A stretch of 63,954 nucleotides of DNA, counting the filler, from Octopus bimaculoides (lineage: Eukaryota), in assembly GCF_001194135.2 (NCBI RefSeq). It is 6 parts of 4 records of this genome, joined end to end, with 100 filler letters (N's around TTAATTAATTAA, not from the genome) between each part and the next. Parts side by side here need not be neighbours in the genome. Positions count along the whole stretch, not along the records: positions 1 to 23,481 come from NC_068991.1; 5 more parts are not named here. One strand, 5' to 3'. A program made the translations under genes and the position numbers. Of the stretch, positions 1 through 14,344 are shown one piece after another. How positions within the stretch are numbered: the first letter of the stretch is position 1; each line of letters begins with the position of its first letter. Below the pieces are notes generated by a model. It was not told where the DNA came from, did no database searches, and saw only the letters and a program-made list of their open reading frames with translations.

Positions 1-65
<65 letters not shown>

Positions 66-135
66 GTATATGTATATATATATATATATACATACATACA
101 CATACATATATATGTGTGTGTGTATGTATGTATAA
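1..135. repeat. (TA)n / (CATA)n / (TG)n microsatellite
   Basis: Read directly from the sequence. Confidence 0.97.
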
Positions 136-730
136 CTATATGCGTATGTATATACATATGTATCATGTGTAAACATGGCTAACTGGATAGACCAAACACT
201 TTTAATTCCCTAATACTACAGTTGTTTCGTCACCAATTTACCAGTAGATAATTGTAAAAATATTATTATATAATGAACACATTAATTTTATTGCCGCGCA
301 TCAGTTTTAATTCAGTATTTCATTGGTAAATGAAGACTCCTTAAGGATGAACGCAAAATGGATTTCCGTGTATTCGTGGATTTCCGGATGTGTTTTCATT
401 AATACGATCGGTCTTCGTTGCGAAATTGTACCTGGTAGTCGATACGCGTGGACGAGCTTCATTTAGCAAACTACAAAGTGCATACTCAAATTGAACTGGT
501 GTACATATATACGTTGATGGCGATGATGAAGATAGTGATGACGTTATTGAAGATGGTGATGTTCATGGTAGTGATGGGGGAGGCGGCGTTAGGGGGTGAT
601 AGTATTGATGTAAAACTGATTGTTGTACTGGCGGTGACGATTATAGTCCTGATGGTGGTGGGCGTTGCGTTGGTGATAATAATGGTGATAGGATGGTTTT
701 GATAGCATCTAAATTTAATTTTCCTTTTTA

Positions 731-900
731 CTATAGGCACAAGGTCTGAAATTTGGCAGGAAGGGTCTTATCGATCGCTCTGACCCCAGTGCTTGAAACG
801 GTACTTCATTTTATCGATTTCTCGACTCCGGAACAATGAAATGCAAAGTCGATATCGGCAATATTTGAACTCAGGACGTAAAAATCTGAAAGAAATTCTG
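731..900 (-). mobile_element. SINE family A, decayed
   Basis: Reverse-complement similarity to the family A body. Confidence 0.6.
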
Positions 901-1290
901 TCAAGTATCTCTGTGTCTCTTCTGCTGCATAAACTGTTCTCGCTGCTGTCATCCTTGCCATCCTATAATCTTCCGAAGCGTTTCTTGTGGACATTCATAA
1001 CAGTTCCACCTGTTTCGAACTTATCTCTAATTCGAGTGCTGGTAAGTGGCGTAGGTGGGTCAGTTTGAAAATCCTTCCTAAGCTGTTTTTGCACTTCGAC
1101 AGCATTTTAAAATTTCCAGAGGCATTTCAGCACAAATTTGCTTTGTTGAAAGCTTCGTCTGACTGGTTTCATTATTTCTAATGGCTTCAATCTAAAAAGG
1201 AATGAAAATTATTTGAGTTAGCAAGTGTGAAAGGGTGTATACATCTTCTGTGAACACCTTTTCACACACACACGCATACACTATATGAAC

Positions 1291-1352
<62 letters not shown>

Positions 1353-2130
1353 GTGTGAATGTATAGGTTGGTGTACAAACATACAGAGAAACACAGTCAT
1401 TTATACGCACACACAAACGCACAGACATGCCCACACACACGCATACACAGACAGACACACATACACACAGTCACAGACAGACAGACACACACGCGCACAC
1501 ACACACACACACACACACACGCGCACGCACGCACGCACGCATTGCTTTTGCGTGTCATAAATAGTAAAACGGTATACTTAAACGTTTTTGAAGTATTTAA
1601 TAATAATTTACATCACACAATGATAAATTGTTATATATTTTTTCCCCCTAATTTATTTTACAATTCTTCAAATAATGTTTAGAAAGCTCTTTTACTCTTC
1701 AACTTCCTGTTCGATTTTTTCCGCCATTTTACAAACGCGGTCGTCTGGTCAATGAACCCTCGCTTTCATTATGCTAAAAGCAACCAAGGTACAGCATTAT
1801 TGCTATTAGCAGTATTCATAGTAGAGCTGTAATAATTATAGTTGTTTTTTGTCGCAGTTCTATCAGTAATAGTATTTTGGTGACCGATTTGGTAATGGCG
1901 GCGGTGATAGTAATAGCAAATAGGTTCTTTATAGACGCGTTCTAAGTTACGGTTGCCGATGCATACAGACGTGGTGAGGGCGTTGTTGCTGGCGGTTGAT
2001 GTTATTAGTAGCGGTGATGGACGTGTTGGTTGTGCTTGTTGGTGGTCATGGTGGAGGCGGTTGTAGTGGTGGCGTTAGTGGTGGTCGTTGAAGCAGAAGA
2101 ATCTTTGATAGTAATAATAGATGTCTATAT

Positions 2131-2794
2131 AAGGCCGCGAGCTGGCAGAATCGTTAGCGTGCCGGACAAAGTGCTTGGCGGCATTTCATCTGTCTGTTTT
2201 TTCTTTTTTTTCTGAGTTCAAATGCCACCGAACTCGACTTTGCCTTTCATTCAATCTGAATCGATAAGATAAATACCAATTAAAATCTGGGGTCGATGTA
2301 ATCGATTAGTCCCTTTTCCGATTAGTCCCTTCTCCGATTAGTCCCTTCTTCTTGAGCCAAAATTTGAAGCTTATATTAGAGGTCCATGTAAGGCAGGGAA
2401 ATTGCAGAATCGTTAACGCACCGGACGCAGCATTTCGTCCGGCTTAACGTTCTGAGTTCAAATGCCGCTGAGGTCGACTTTGCTTTTCATCTTTTCTGAA
2501 TCGATAAAATAAGTAGCAGTTGAGGAGAGGGGGTCGATTCAATGTATTTAGCCCCTCTCTCGAAATTGCTGAGCTTCAGCCAAAATTTGAAACCAATATC
2601 AGATGACAGTATGGGTGATGTTAGTAGTTGTGGTTGTGGTGGTGGCGGTAGTAGTAGTGGTGCTCATAGAGGAGTAGTAGTAGTCGTAGTATTAGTATTA
2701 GTGGGGATCATGGTGGTGGTGATGCTTGCTGTGGTGGGGGAAGAGATCGTAATAGCATTACTGTTGCATTAGTAGTAGTATCAGTAGTAGTTGT

Positions 2795-2835
<41 letters not shown>

Positions 2836-3060
2836 TAGTAGTGCTGACAAGCTGGCAGAATCGTTAGCACGCCGGGTGAACTGCCTAACAGTATTTCGCC
2901 TGCCGCTACGTTCTTAGTTCAAATTCCGCCGAGGTCGAGTTTGTCTTTCATCCTTTCGGGGTCGATTAAATTAGTACCAGTTACGCACTGGGGTCGAAGT
3001 AATCGACTTAATCCCTTTGTCTGTCCTTGTTTGTCCCCTCAGTGTTTAGCCCCCTGTGGT
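2131..3060 (+). mobile_element. Three same-orientation copies of tRNA-derived SINE family A (2131-2370, 2390-2593, 2849-3060)
   Basis: Head GCTGGCAGAATCGTTAGC (A box-like), B box GTTCAAAT(T)CC, central GTCGACTTTGCCTTTCATCCTTTCGGGGTCGATAAATTAAGTACCAG (resembles the Meta/MESC SINE domain, from recall). Confidence 0.85.
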
Positions 3061-3173
3061 CCTGTCCTAAATTCTTCTTCTTCTTCTTCTTCTTCTTCTT
3101 CTTCTTCTTCTTCTTCTTCTTGACAGGTTTTGTTGGAGCTGCTGGAGTCTTGCATGCTTGGGGGGTTACTACC

Positions 3174-3223
<50 letters not shown>

Positions 3224-3244
3224 TTAATAATGATAATAATAAAG

Positions 3245-3433
3245 TCAAAATTAAAAGAAGAGTTCCATTGCTGTCTAGTGAACGATATTTCGACATCTTG
3301 TGTATCTTCAACTGGTTCAAAAAATAAATTTGTCAATCTACTTCATTTTGGTTAATATATAAAAGACTGAAGACATGCAAGATGTCGAAATGTTGCTCAC
3401 TAGATAACAATGGCACTCTTCTTTTAATTTTGA
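3245..3433. repeat. Inverted repeat, 66-bp arms, extended by (AAT)n and (ATT)n
   Basis: 3245-3310 versus 3368-3433. Confidence 0.85.
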
Positions 3434-3506
<73 letters not shown>

Positions 3507-3869
3507 GTTTTACTTCTCAGAGAGCTCGGTCTTGTTTGTTCTGGTAGAATCTGTGAGAGCTGACAGGAGCCTGCTGTCAGAGGTTTCACAGGGTCTCTTT
3601 CTGTACATTATAAGCTTCGATAATTGGTTGTTAATTATCATGTGAGACATTCAACATCCAACTTCCAATCTCAAAATCCTAGCTGTCCCCACCAGAGCAG
3701 TTTTTGGAGCTTGCTCTGTTCTCATGTCAATTTTGACTTCTTTGACATATTTCTCGAACTTGGTTGTTAATGCTCCGAGTGCCCCCTACAACTACTGGAA
3801 TGACAGACACTTTCATCACAGTTCACATTCTTGCAATTTCATCTTTTAGTAGTCTGTACTTTTCAATCT
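3507..3869 (-). mobile_element. 3' end of a second RLE-type LINE family
   Basis: IEKYRLLKDEIARM...IPVVVG(frameshift)ALGALTTKFEKYV...KTALVGTARIL, then UTR and an (AAT)n tail at 3434-3506. Confidence 0.8.
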
Positions 3870-4371
3870 ACTACTACTACTACTACTGCTGCCGAAATTC
3901 TAGCTTCAGGACTACTCTGTAGAAGAGAATTTAACGTCTTATTTTATGAATAAGTTTTTTATTTGTCGTTGCTATTATTTAGACAATACAATATAATATA
4001 ATATAAATACAATACAATATAAATGAAACATTTGAACGTCGACCCTATTTCCGTGGGGTTGATAGACAGTTATTTTGAGGAATATTTTTAGATATTTGTA
4101 GTTTTGCAAAATATTCTTTGCAAGTGATTAAATATGGCTTCTTATGGAAAAGCGGCAAGGCTTGTCAGTCTCGAACATCGAAGGTACGAACATGTTTCTC
4201 CAAGCAAAATTTAGAAAGCAAGAATAAATACAAAAAACAACAAAGAATGAATAAATAACGAAGGAAGAACGTAACGATGACTTTAATGATAACGTTGGGA
4301 ATAAAAACTGCTGCAACAATAGATTTTCTAGTGAGGCACTGGCCAGGAGTCGTCAATGGCACGAGAATAAA

Positions 4372-4479
4372 AGTTATTATTATTATTATTATTATTATCA
4401 TTTAGATCACTGCTTGGAATCGAACTCAGAATCTTGGGGTTAGTAGCTCGCGCTCTTAACCACTACGCCATATGCCCAC
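4372..4479 (-). mobile_element. tRNA-only SINE with (AAT)n tail, second copy
   Basis: Reverse complement GGGCATATGGCGTAGTGGTTAAGAGCGCG..GAGTTCGATTCCAAGCAGTGATCTAAATGATAATAAT. Confidence 0.75.
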
Positions 4480-4639
4480 TCAGAACGTAAAGACAGACGT
4501 AATACCTGCACCTGAACGTGTTCAATAAATTTATTATACTTCTACAATGCACAAAATATTTTAACAATTTTTTAATACAATTCCTAATATTTAATTATAA
4601 AAAAAATATAATAGAATTTTTTAAGCATCGAATGGCCAG

Positions 4640-4812
4640 GAGGACCCAACACGACGCGCTAACGTTTCTTATTTCTTTATTGCCCACAAGGGGCTAAACA
4701 TAGAGGGGACAAACAAGGACAGACAAAGGGATTAAGTCGATTACATCGACCCCAGTGCGTAACTGGTACTTTATTTATCGACCCCGAAAACGTTTCTGCC
4801 AGCTCGACGCCT
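4640..4812 (-). mobile_element. SINE A 3' part inserted in an older SINE A head
   Basis: 8-bp duplication AACGTTTC at 4661-4668 and 4789-4796. Confidence 0.8.
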
Positions 4813-5602
4813 TTAACCTTCCTCAGTTTCTGTCACGTGCTCTTAACAATGTTCGACAAGAGAGATAACTCTCTGTGTATAAAACCTCGTAGCGTAACTC
4901 AGAAAATCACATTTATCATCCCTAATCCATTTGCAACCCCTTCGTTTTATTAATATCTGGGCTTAGAATGCTTTTAAGTGACAGAATTATCTTTTTCTTA
5001 TAGTCAGTTCCGAATGACAGTAAACATCAGCAGAAGCTTAATAGAAAATATCTGCTTCACAAAGAGATCGTTTGCGAACGCAAATTCATTTTCCTCCATT
5101 TTAAAGTGGAATATTCCATTTTCTGACTTTACACCCCTCCCCACTTTGCTTCCATTGTTCTTTCATGCAGACAATAAAGTAATTTCAAGAATTCGCTTCG
5201 TCTCCGTATACCAGGAAAAACAAAAGAATTCAAAATATCAAAAAGACCAATTACAAAAGAATGCTGAGATTAAATAAAAGTTTTCATCAGACGTTTTCAA
5301 AAGGAGGATAAAAATCTTATTTTGCCTTTAAATATAAATCAGTTTCCAGTTGTATAAACTTGCTTCTTTGAAAACAAGGAGCAAAGAATTAATTTAGGAA
5401 CGATAGCCTGCCTTTAAGGAGGGTCTTTCATGGAGAATGAATAGCTGAGGGATTAGTTAATGCCAATATGCAGTATAATAATATTTGTCTGTAGAAGTGT
5501 TCTCTCACGAATAACCAGCGTTGTTTACCATTGATCTAAGCCGTATTCAAAGTACGTAATTGGAAAAGAACCAGACAAGATACAAGCTTAATGATCATTA
5601 TT

Positions 5603-5825
5603 AGCAAGGTGGCGTGCTGGCAGAATCGTTAACGCATCGGACACTATACTCAGCAGCATTTCGTCTGTCTTTACGTTCTGAGTTCAAATTCCGCCGAGGT
5701 CGACTCTGCCTTTCAACCTTTCGGGGTCGATAAATTAAGTACCACTTACGCACTGGGGTCGATGTAATCGACTTAATCCATTTGTCTGTCCTTGTTTGTC
5801 CCTTCTATGTTTAGCCCCCTGTGGT
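5603..5825 (+). mobile_element. SINE family A, near full length
   Basis: Head, B box, central domain and tail all present. Confidence 0.88.
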
Positions 5826-6367
5826 CTAAACTTTGATCTTATGCCGCGAATATGAAGCCTTCAGTCTCTGCTTTTATTCCTGAGTTTCTCAGCCACTGCT
5901 GGGTTGTTGCTTGATCTACATCCGCATTTCGGCTTTGAAGTATCTACTGTCCATGTATATATTATTTTTATTATCATTATTAAACGAGTTCATTATGAAC
6001 AAATTTCACCATTTTCAATTGGAACGTTGCAAATGATAAAACCGTTTTTAATGGTCAGTCGACTGGTTACAGCAACCGGTACTCGGCGATGGGAACATTG
6101 AGTGGGTTTACAACAAATTTGCGATTATAGCCTTCGTCCTATTTCAAAGTTTCTTTACAGATATCATCATTTAAATGATGCTTATTATGGTTATTGGTAC
6201 AGCTATTGCAGCAGCTGCTGATGTTGTTGCTGTCGTTGTTGTTACGATGGCTATTAATTTTAAGGTATTGGACCATTGTGTACGGAATATTTCCCCTCTA
6301 CCAGCATTATATCCTCACCTTTTCTATCTACTCGGGAAAACAGTTCCTCCTCCTCCTCCTCCTCCTA

Positions 6368-6410
<43 letters not shown>

Positions 6411-6739
6411 CTAGATTTCAAAGAAAAAATTTCGTGCTATTGTCTCCAGCAGAAAAACACATATGCTAAGTTTCCGAAACCACTCGATAATTAATCTGTA
6501 AATATTATCACAATGATGAAGATTTCCATCAACCACATAAATTAAAATAGTAATTTGTCCGGATCTACGATGTAATTACATTATTAGTTTTAGAGTGCTT
6601 GTCATTTGGTAAAAGAAAAAAAAAAAGAAAAAATAAATAGAAATTAACCTACTTCCAAAGAGACGTCGGTTTAACCGAAAGCTTAACTTGTACGTGTGGT
6701 TGGATGATTGGCTAGAAGAAAGATTCTAACCACGATTTA

Positions 6740-7205
<466 letters not shown>

Positions 7206-7705
7206 TGTGCAGAAAAATTTGAAAACAATCAAACTCATACATTTTTTATTACTTAAAACATATTTTTAAAGCAAAAAAAAAAACCCCAACAATTAAATAA
7301 GAATAAAAAAAGAACCAGCAAACTACAAAACAACACAATAAACACTTTAATTGTTCCAATCAGCAACCAATTCCAGAGTCTTACTAAAAGAGATGTAATT
7401 GTTTTAATGAAATACTAATACCTGCAATTTGCCTTGGAACAATTCTGTAAATGGATGTTGCTTTGTGAAATTTTCCTTTTTCTTAATGGATATAAGCATG
7501 ATTTAATAGATGTATGCTTTTGGTAGAGCTTGGTGCTCAGTAGTTTCGGCTACGATATGCTAGGAGTATTAAGTCCGTGATAATTGAAACGTTAGCGAAG
7601 AAGAATTGGGTAGTTTTACAGAAAGCTTTCTAGCCATAGCGCTGACGTCTTTTATAATGAAGAAACTAACGCAATCCTTTTACATGTACTCGTTTGCTCG
7701 TTTAT

Positions 7706-8097
7706 TTGTTTCAGTTGTTTGAGTGCGGCCATGCTGGAGCACCGCCTTTTAATCGAACAGATAGACACCCAGGACTTAATCTTCGTAAGCCTAGTACTTA
7801 TTCTATCGGTCTCTTTTGCCGAACTGCTAAGTTACGGGGACGCAAACACATCAACAGCGGTTGTCAAGCGATGGAGGNNNNNNNNNNNNNNNNNNNNNNN
7901 NNNNNNNNNNNNNNNNGCAAACACAGACACACAAACATATACATATACATACATACATATATATATAAAGTGTCCGATAGAATAGGTACTAGACTTCAAG
8001 AATAAGTACTGTGTTCGATCTGTTCGAATAAACTCTTCAAGGCAGTGCCGCAGCCTGGGCGCCGTCCAGTGACTGAAACAAGTAAATGCTAAAAGCT
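7706..8097. mobile_element. Two SINE B 3' fragments (7706-7877 minus, 7978-8097 plus)
   Basis: GGCCATGCTGGAGCACCGCC and GACTGAAACAAGTAAA modules. Confidence 0.75.
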
Positions 8098-8284
8098 AAG
8101 AACAGGTTGTATGGTGGGGAGTGGTGAGGTGTGGGTGGTAGTGTATGAATCGGTGTGGTGGTCATGGCGGCGGAGTTTGAAGCAGCATTATGACCGCAAC
8201 CATTTTGTATTGGCTGCAGAATTTAGTGGTGTCCTACAAAGTAGCGGTACTGTTGTAGTTGATGTGGTGAAGATGGAAATGAGA

Positions 8285-8470
8285 ATGATGACGATGACGA
8301 CGACGACGACAATGATGATGATGATCAGGTTGATGATGATGATGATGATGATGATGAGGATGATGATGATTATGAGGATGATGATGTTGGTGATGGTGAT
8401 GATGATAATGATAGTGATGATGGTGATGATGATGATAACGCTCAGGTTGATGATGATGATGATGATGATG
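8285..8470. repeat. (GAT)n microsatellite running into a gap
   Basis: Read directly from the sequence. Confidence 0.95.
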
Positions 8471-9284
8471 NNNNNNNNNNNNNNNNNNNNNNNNNNNNNN
8501 NNNNNNNNNNNNNNNNNNNNNNNNNNNNNNNNNNNNNNNNNNNNNNNNNNNNNNNNNNNNNNNNNNNNNNNNNNNNNNNNNNNNNNNNNNNNNNNNNNNN
8601 NNNNNNNNNNNNNNNNNNNNNNNNNNNNNNNNNNNNNNNNNNNNNNNNNNNNNNNNNNNNNNNNNNNNNNNNNNNNNNNNNNNNNNNNNNNNNNNNNNNN
8701 NNNNNNNNNNNNNNNNNNNNNNNNNNNNNNNNNNNNNNNNNNNNNNNNNNNNNNNNNNNNNNNNNNNNNNNNNNNNNNNNNNNNNNNNNNNNNNNNNNNN
8801 NNNNNNNNNNNNNNNNNNNNNNNNNNNNNNNNNNNNNNNNNNNNNNNNNNNNNNNNNNNNNNNNNNNNNNNNNNNNNNNNNNNNNNNNNNNNNNNNNNNN
8901 NNNNNNNNNNNNNNNNNNNNNNNNNNNNNNNNNNNNNNNNNNNNNNNNNNNNNNNNNNNNNNNNNNNNNNNNNNNNNNNNNNNNNNNNNNNNNNNNNNNN
9001 NNNNNNNNNNNNNNNNNNNNNNNNNNNNNNNNNNNNNNNNNNNNNNNNNNNNNNNNNNNNNNNNNNNNNNNNNNNNNNNNNNNNNNNNNNNNNNNNNNNN
9101 NNNNNNNNNNNNNNNNNNNNNATCATAATGTTCGTAGCGGTTGGTGTGTGTGTGTGGTGGGATGGGGTGGGGGTGGGAAGGATGAGGAAGGAAGGAAAAA
9201 TTGACGTCTATCAATTACAGTCGTAACTTGATTGGATTTCATGAACCACTTCATGCACATGCGCACATTTGTATGTGAGTATGC

Positions 9285-9331
9285 TTGATATGTGTGTGTG
9301 TGTGTGTGCGTGTTATATATTTATCTATGTA

Positions 9332-9389
<58 letters not shown>

Positions 9390-9903
9390 ATGAGAGAGAG
9401 AGACGCGATAAACGCGCTGACAGACGAACAACGACGTTTACATCTTTGCAAGTAAACATACCTGACAGCAACCATGACTATAATTAAGTATAGTTTATTT
9501 ATTTTTTATCTAAATACTTACATAATTACATACATACACACACATATGCATACATACATACATACATGCATACATTACATTCATACATACATACATACAT
9601 ACATACATACATACATACATACATGCATACATTCATACATAATACATAATAGATACATAGATATATACATACATACATACATACATACATACATACATAC
9701 ATGTTAGTATTGCAGCAACAGGGTGCTTGTCAACCTGTCTGGTGTCAAACACAGGTGAACTTGAGAACCCATATCGAGACGATAAAAAATTCCAAGACAT
9801 TCCTAAAATTTAAAGAATGCTGAACAAAACAAGATGCTTTCTTTCACAACCTTGTTACTAAGCAGGTGGCCGGTCAGACTTTATTCTAAGTTAACAAAAG
9901 AAA

Positions 9904-9969
<66 letters not shown>

Positions 9970-10205
9970 GCATACATATAATACAGATATATATATACAT
10001 ATATGCTTACAGCATGCATGCATAAATGCATGAATATATATATATATGTGTATGTATACCCATAAATGCATGCATGAATACCTCTATACATACTTACACA
10101 TACACGCACATATTTGTGTGTATATACTCTGTGCGTGTGTATACATGCACACAATCCTCCATAATGGAAAGTTGAACACAAAAATACACGTATATACACA
10201 TATGA
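9285..10205. repeat. (TG)/(TA)/(GA)/(CATA)/(CA) microsatellite cluster
   Basis: Read directly from the sequence. Confidence 0.9.
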
Positions 10206-11699
10206 TTAACCTCTGAAGAAACATCTTCCCCAGCTATGAACATACATAAATACAATTTTATCAATACCGTTTTGGCTTTTAACGTAGGAATTTGCTTTAT
10301 GAAGCCCTTCACAGGTATTGCCGATCACATACTTATTATACAACGGAAATGTATCGCTTTTTTTTAATGATATATCTGAATATCGAAGTAGGAGAACAGA
10401 GTAAGCAATTCGCTTTGTTGCATAATACTACAATCGTTTCATCGTCACTTTAGAAAAAGATTATTGCTACAATATCAATATATAATATACGAAATAATAC
10501 ATCGCATCAGTATCATCTTACCGCTGTTGATACGATGTATTATTTCATATATCGTATATCATATAATAATGTTGTAGACATAATCTGGTAACTTGTCGAT
10601 GAAACATTTGTACAATTGTAAAGTAGATCTCCATTCTTGTTAATATTTCAATACATACATATGCATATATGAACACATACATAGATGCATACATGCATAC
10701 ATACATACATACATACATACATACATACATACACAACTCTCGTTACTGACCTCTGGTAAAGACATCTCACTTCAGCATCCATCGCATTTTGTTTAGACTT
10801 TGTCATTCAGGACTTCATAATCGAACGCGTCCTAACGGTTATTTTAGCCAGTAAGGCGTGATTTGTGGTCATATGACCACATGGAGGTGTCCTCATTGAT
10901 TGATTGGTTTTGTTTATCCCCGGATCAATTCGATAGCCTAAACATATGAAAGGTGTTTTATTTATTTATAATCTTCACTTTTTGAGGTGAACTAGGGCTG
11001 CATTAGCCAATGTTTCTCTTTCTGTGGGAGTGTGATTTAAGGGAGATTTGACTGTTGTTTCTAGCAGAAACACGAGCATTCCATAATATAAGGCATTATT
11101 TTGTTTCGCGTGTGTTTTATTTCATAATGTTGGGTGTAATGTTAAGGAGAATTGGCTGCTATTTCTGTCAGGTTGAGGCTCCTGGATTGTTCTCATATTT
11201 ATTCCCGAGGAAGGTTTCTTTTAAGAAAGATAATGTATATTGTATTTGAAATAACATGATTCGTAGAAATGTAATACTTTGATGGTTTTTTAGGGTAACT
11301 AATGAAAGAAAATATTACATCTTAAAAGTGACATTGTGGACATAAAAAAAATAACCCATGTTGACAGCTGAGAAATTGCGAATCTCATGTTTCATAACCA
11401 CGCCCTAAAAGCTTATTGAGGGATTTATCCCGCAACACCTAAGAAAATATTCTTCTCGGTTTAATATTTTATCAGTATTAATATTTTATCTTACAATAAA
11501 ACATGAATATTTTAATGTAAGAGATCAGTATTAAAACAAAATATATTTTCTGTAATTTAGTTGATACTTCATTTTGTTTGCCTTTTGTTTTCCATCAGGT
11601 CGGACAGTTCATTTTTTATTTCGGAACAGTAGTAATAAATTTATGTTTAAATCAATACGCAACGCATCACCTGGTTCAAGAATCGAAACCACGATGTGA

Positions 11700-11708
11700 C
11701 GATCCACA

Positions 11709-11743
<35 letters not shown>

Positions 11744-11859
11744 TTACATACGCATATGCCCACATGTATATGGGATGAGTTGTGGAGGTGTGAGGGTATG
11801 TGAGTGGGTATGCATGCATGTACATATATATGTATATATACATACATATATGTATATGC

Positions 11860-11903
<44 letters not shown>

Positions 11904-12740
11904 GCATATACGTACACATATACATATATAGAGAGACAGAAAGAGGGAGAGAGAGGCATACACACATACACACATACACATGCGTCTGCTTACATGTGTT
12001 TGTATGTGCATATCTATCTATCTATCTATCTCTCTATATATACATACATACATACATACGTACGTACGTACATACATACATACATACATACATACATACA
12101 TACATACATACATACATACGTTCGTCTGTGACCATTTGTGCTTATGCATGCACGTGAAGGACAGAAAGGAATGGTTAAATGGTTGGGTGAAAGTTCAGAA
12201 TTCTGAATTTGTTAAGAACGAAAGATGTAAGTCACATCCCAGGATAACAGTGGCACCACTCAAAATATCATAAGACGGTCAACAAGTAGTGAATAAGACG
12301 TGTCTTAAACGGGCGCCATTGCTTAATTGCCGTATTATACATTCTATAAATGAAAAGTGAAGGCGACAGATCGAAATGGATCAGATATTGGTTCTAATCT
12401 TGGAACAATCAACTGGCTGCACTGCAAAACACTGACGTAAACACACACATAAGTATACATATATGTAAATATGTATACATGCGTATATACATGCATACAT
12501 ATTTGTATGCATATATACATACATACATACAAACATATATGTATATAGAGAGAGAGTGAGAGAGATATATATCTGTGTGTGTATATATGTGTGTATTCGT
12601 ATATAGACATATAAGTATACAGATGTGATTAACAGGAAAATATGTGTGTGCATATGTGTATATATGTGAGAGAGAGAGAGAGAGAAAGAGAGATAGAGAG
12701 AGAAAGAGAGATAGAGAGAGAAAGAGAGAGAGAGAGAGAG
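11700..12740. repeat. Microsatellite cluster (CA, TA, CATA, GA)
   Basis: Read directly from the sequence. Confidence 0.9.
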
Positions 12741-13572
12741 ATGAATAAAGGAAGAGAGGGGGTGAAGCGAAATATACAGTTAACTGTCTTTTTAAAATAT
12801 AATTTGGCGGCAATTTCTCGAATAATGTCAAATCCAGAAATGAAAGATGGCCGTCTCTATAGATACAAATCTATGTATTTACATTCATGCATACATACAC
12901 ACACATAATTAAACAAAAATATTTATGTATATGAGTGTATTTTACAATAATATTTACCTCTATATCTATGTAGCTACACACAATCATATGTATATGTATT
13001 GATGTGTGTGTATATATATATATATATGGATAATTTATTTATTTAATTACGAACACTATCACCCACTCTTTATAACTGTATTTCTGTTTCCCAGTGAGTG
13101 CGCGTACGTGTACAACCATATGCAAATATAATTTCGTTAATTTTGGGGTCTCTTTTGTCAAGCGAAAGAGAGCAAGTGCTCAGAGGGTGGGGTAATATCT
13201 GGCTACATAGGGGTGGCGAGAAGGGCTACAGAACATGACGTCTTAGTTCGGTTCGCGAGATTTGATCTTCGCATCTTTCCATCTTCAGATCTAGCAAAGA
13301 GTTAAGGTGTCATGTTTTAAGGGGTAAACAATAATTATATTGTAGCGTGTGTTTTTAGGGATTTCAGGGAGTGGAGTTCTATCTGAAATTCAATACATTT
13401 TGCTGGATTTGATGAAACGATAGTTCTGCATACAGACATACAGTTTCCGGTTTCTCACATACATACATACATACATACACATATATATATATATATGTGT
13501 ATTTGTATATATGTATGTATGTTTGCACATAGGAATGTATGTAGGAATGTATGTGTTTGTGTGTGAGTGTGT

Positions 13573-13613
<41 letters not shown>

Positions 13614-14344
13614 TGTGTGTGTGCGTGTGTGTGTGTGTGTGTGTGTGATGTGTGCATAAGACCTCGCTTCTTTAAAAAGAGTAAGATATAACCTAAGAAA
13701 ATATTTATGTATGAATATAATCATTAGGATGATCGAAACGAGAGAGAAATATATTGAAAAATAGATAGATGGGTCTATAGATAGATGAATAAAGAGAAGG
13801 GGAAAGAGATAGAGAGACAGAGAGAGACAGAGAAAGAGAACGAAGTGAGGAGAGAAGTGTGAGAGAAAACGAGTGTTGAAAATGAAAAACGAAAAGTATG
13901 AAAATGTCGTTTGAAATTTCGAAACGTAAATTTGTTAATAGTTAATTAAATGTAACCAGAGGCGAGAAGCCAGCGCAGAAAGAAAACGTTTGTTTATGTC
14001 GTAGAGAGGAAGAGATACAGTAAGTATTTACAATATACACAAATAGCGTTATATGAAATTGTATGTTGTTTTGTAATAGTGAGATATGGTGTGATATAGG
14101 CATGGCTGTTTGATTAAGAAGGCAGCTGCGTAACCGCGTGTTTTGGGGTTCGGCAGCGTGTGCGCTTCTTATTCGTATCAGGGTCCATAATAGACAACGA
14201 CAGGATTGCAAATATTGAAACAGAAGACGCATACAAACCCCCATCACACACAAAGCACAATGAAACTAGTATAGGACCCACCATACGGGAAGCAATGAAA
14301 CTACCAAAGGATACAAGACTCAAGAAAGAAACAAGGCGTTGCAG

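Noticed and set aside
4789-4826. CTGAGGA...GAAACGTT on the minus strand; similar isolated cores at 5284, 13282, 20229, 45588, 51307, 55220, 57105 and 62445
   Set aside because: No compatible stems; here the GAAACGTT comes from the SINE head.
8111-9226. Long ORF-track entries spanning N gaps (also 20961, 24347, 27964, 35688, 40404, 49907, 54012)
   Set aside because: They are open only because N codons contain no stops.
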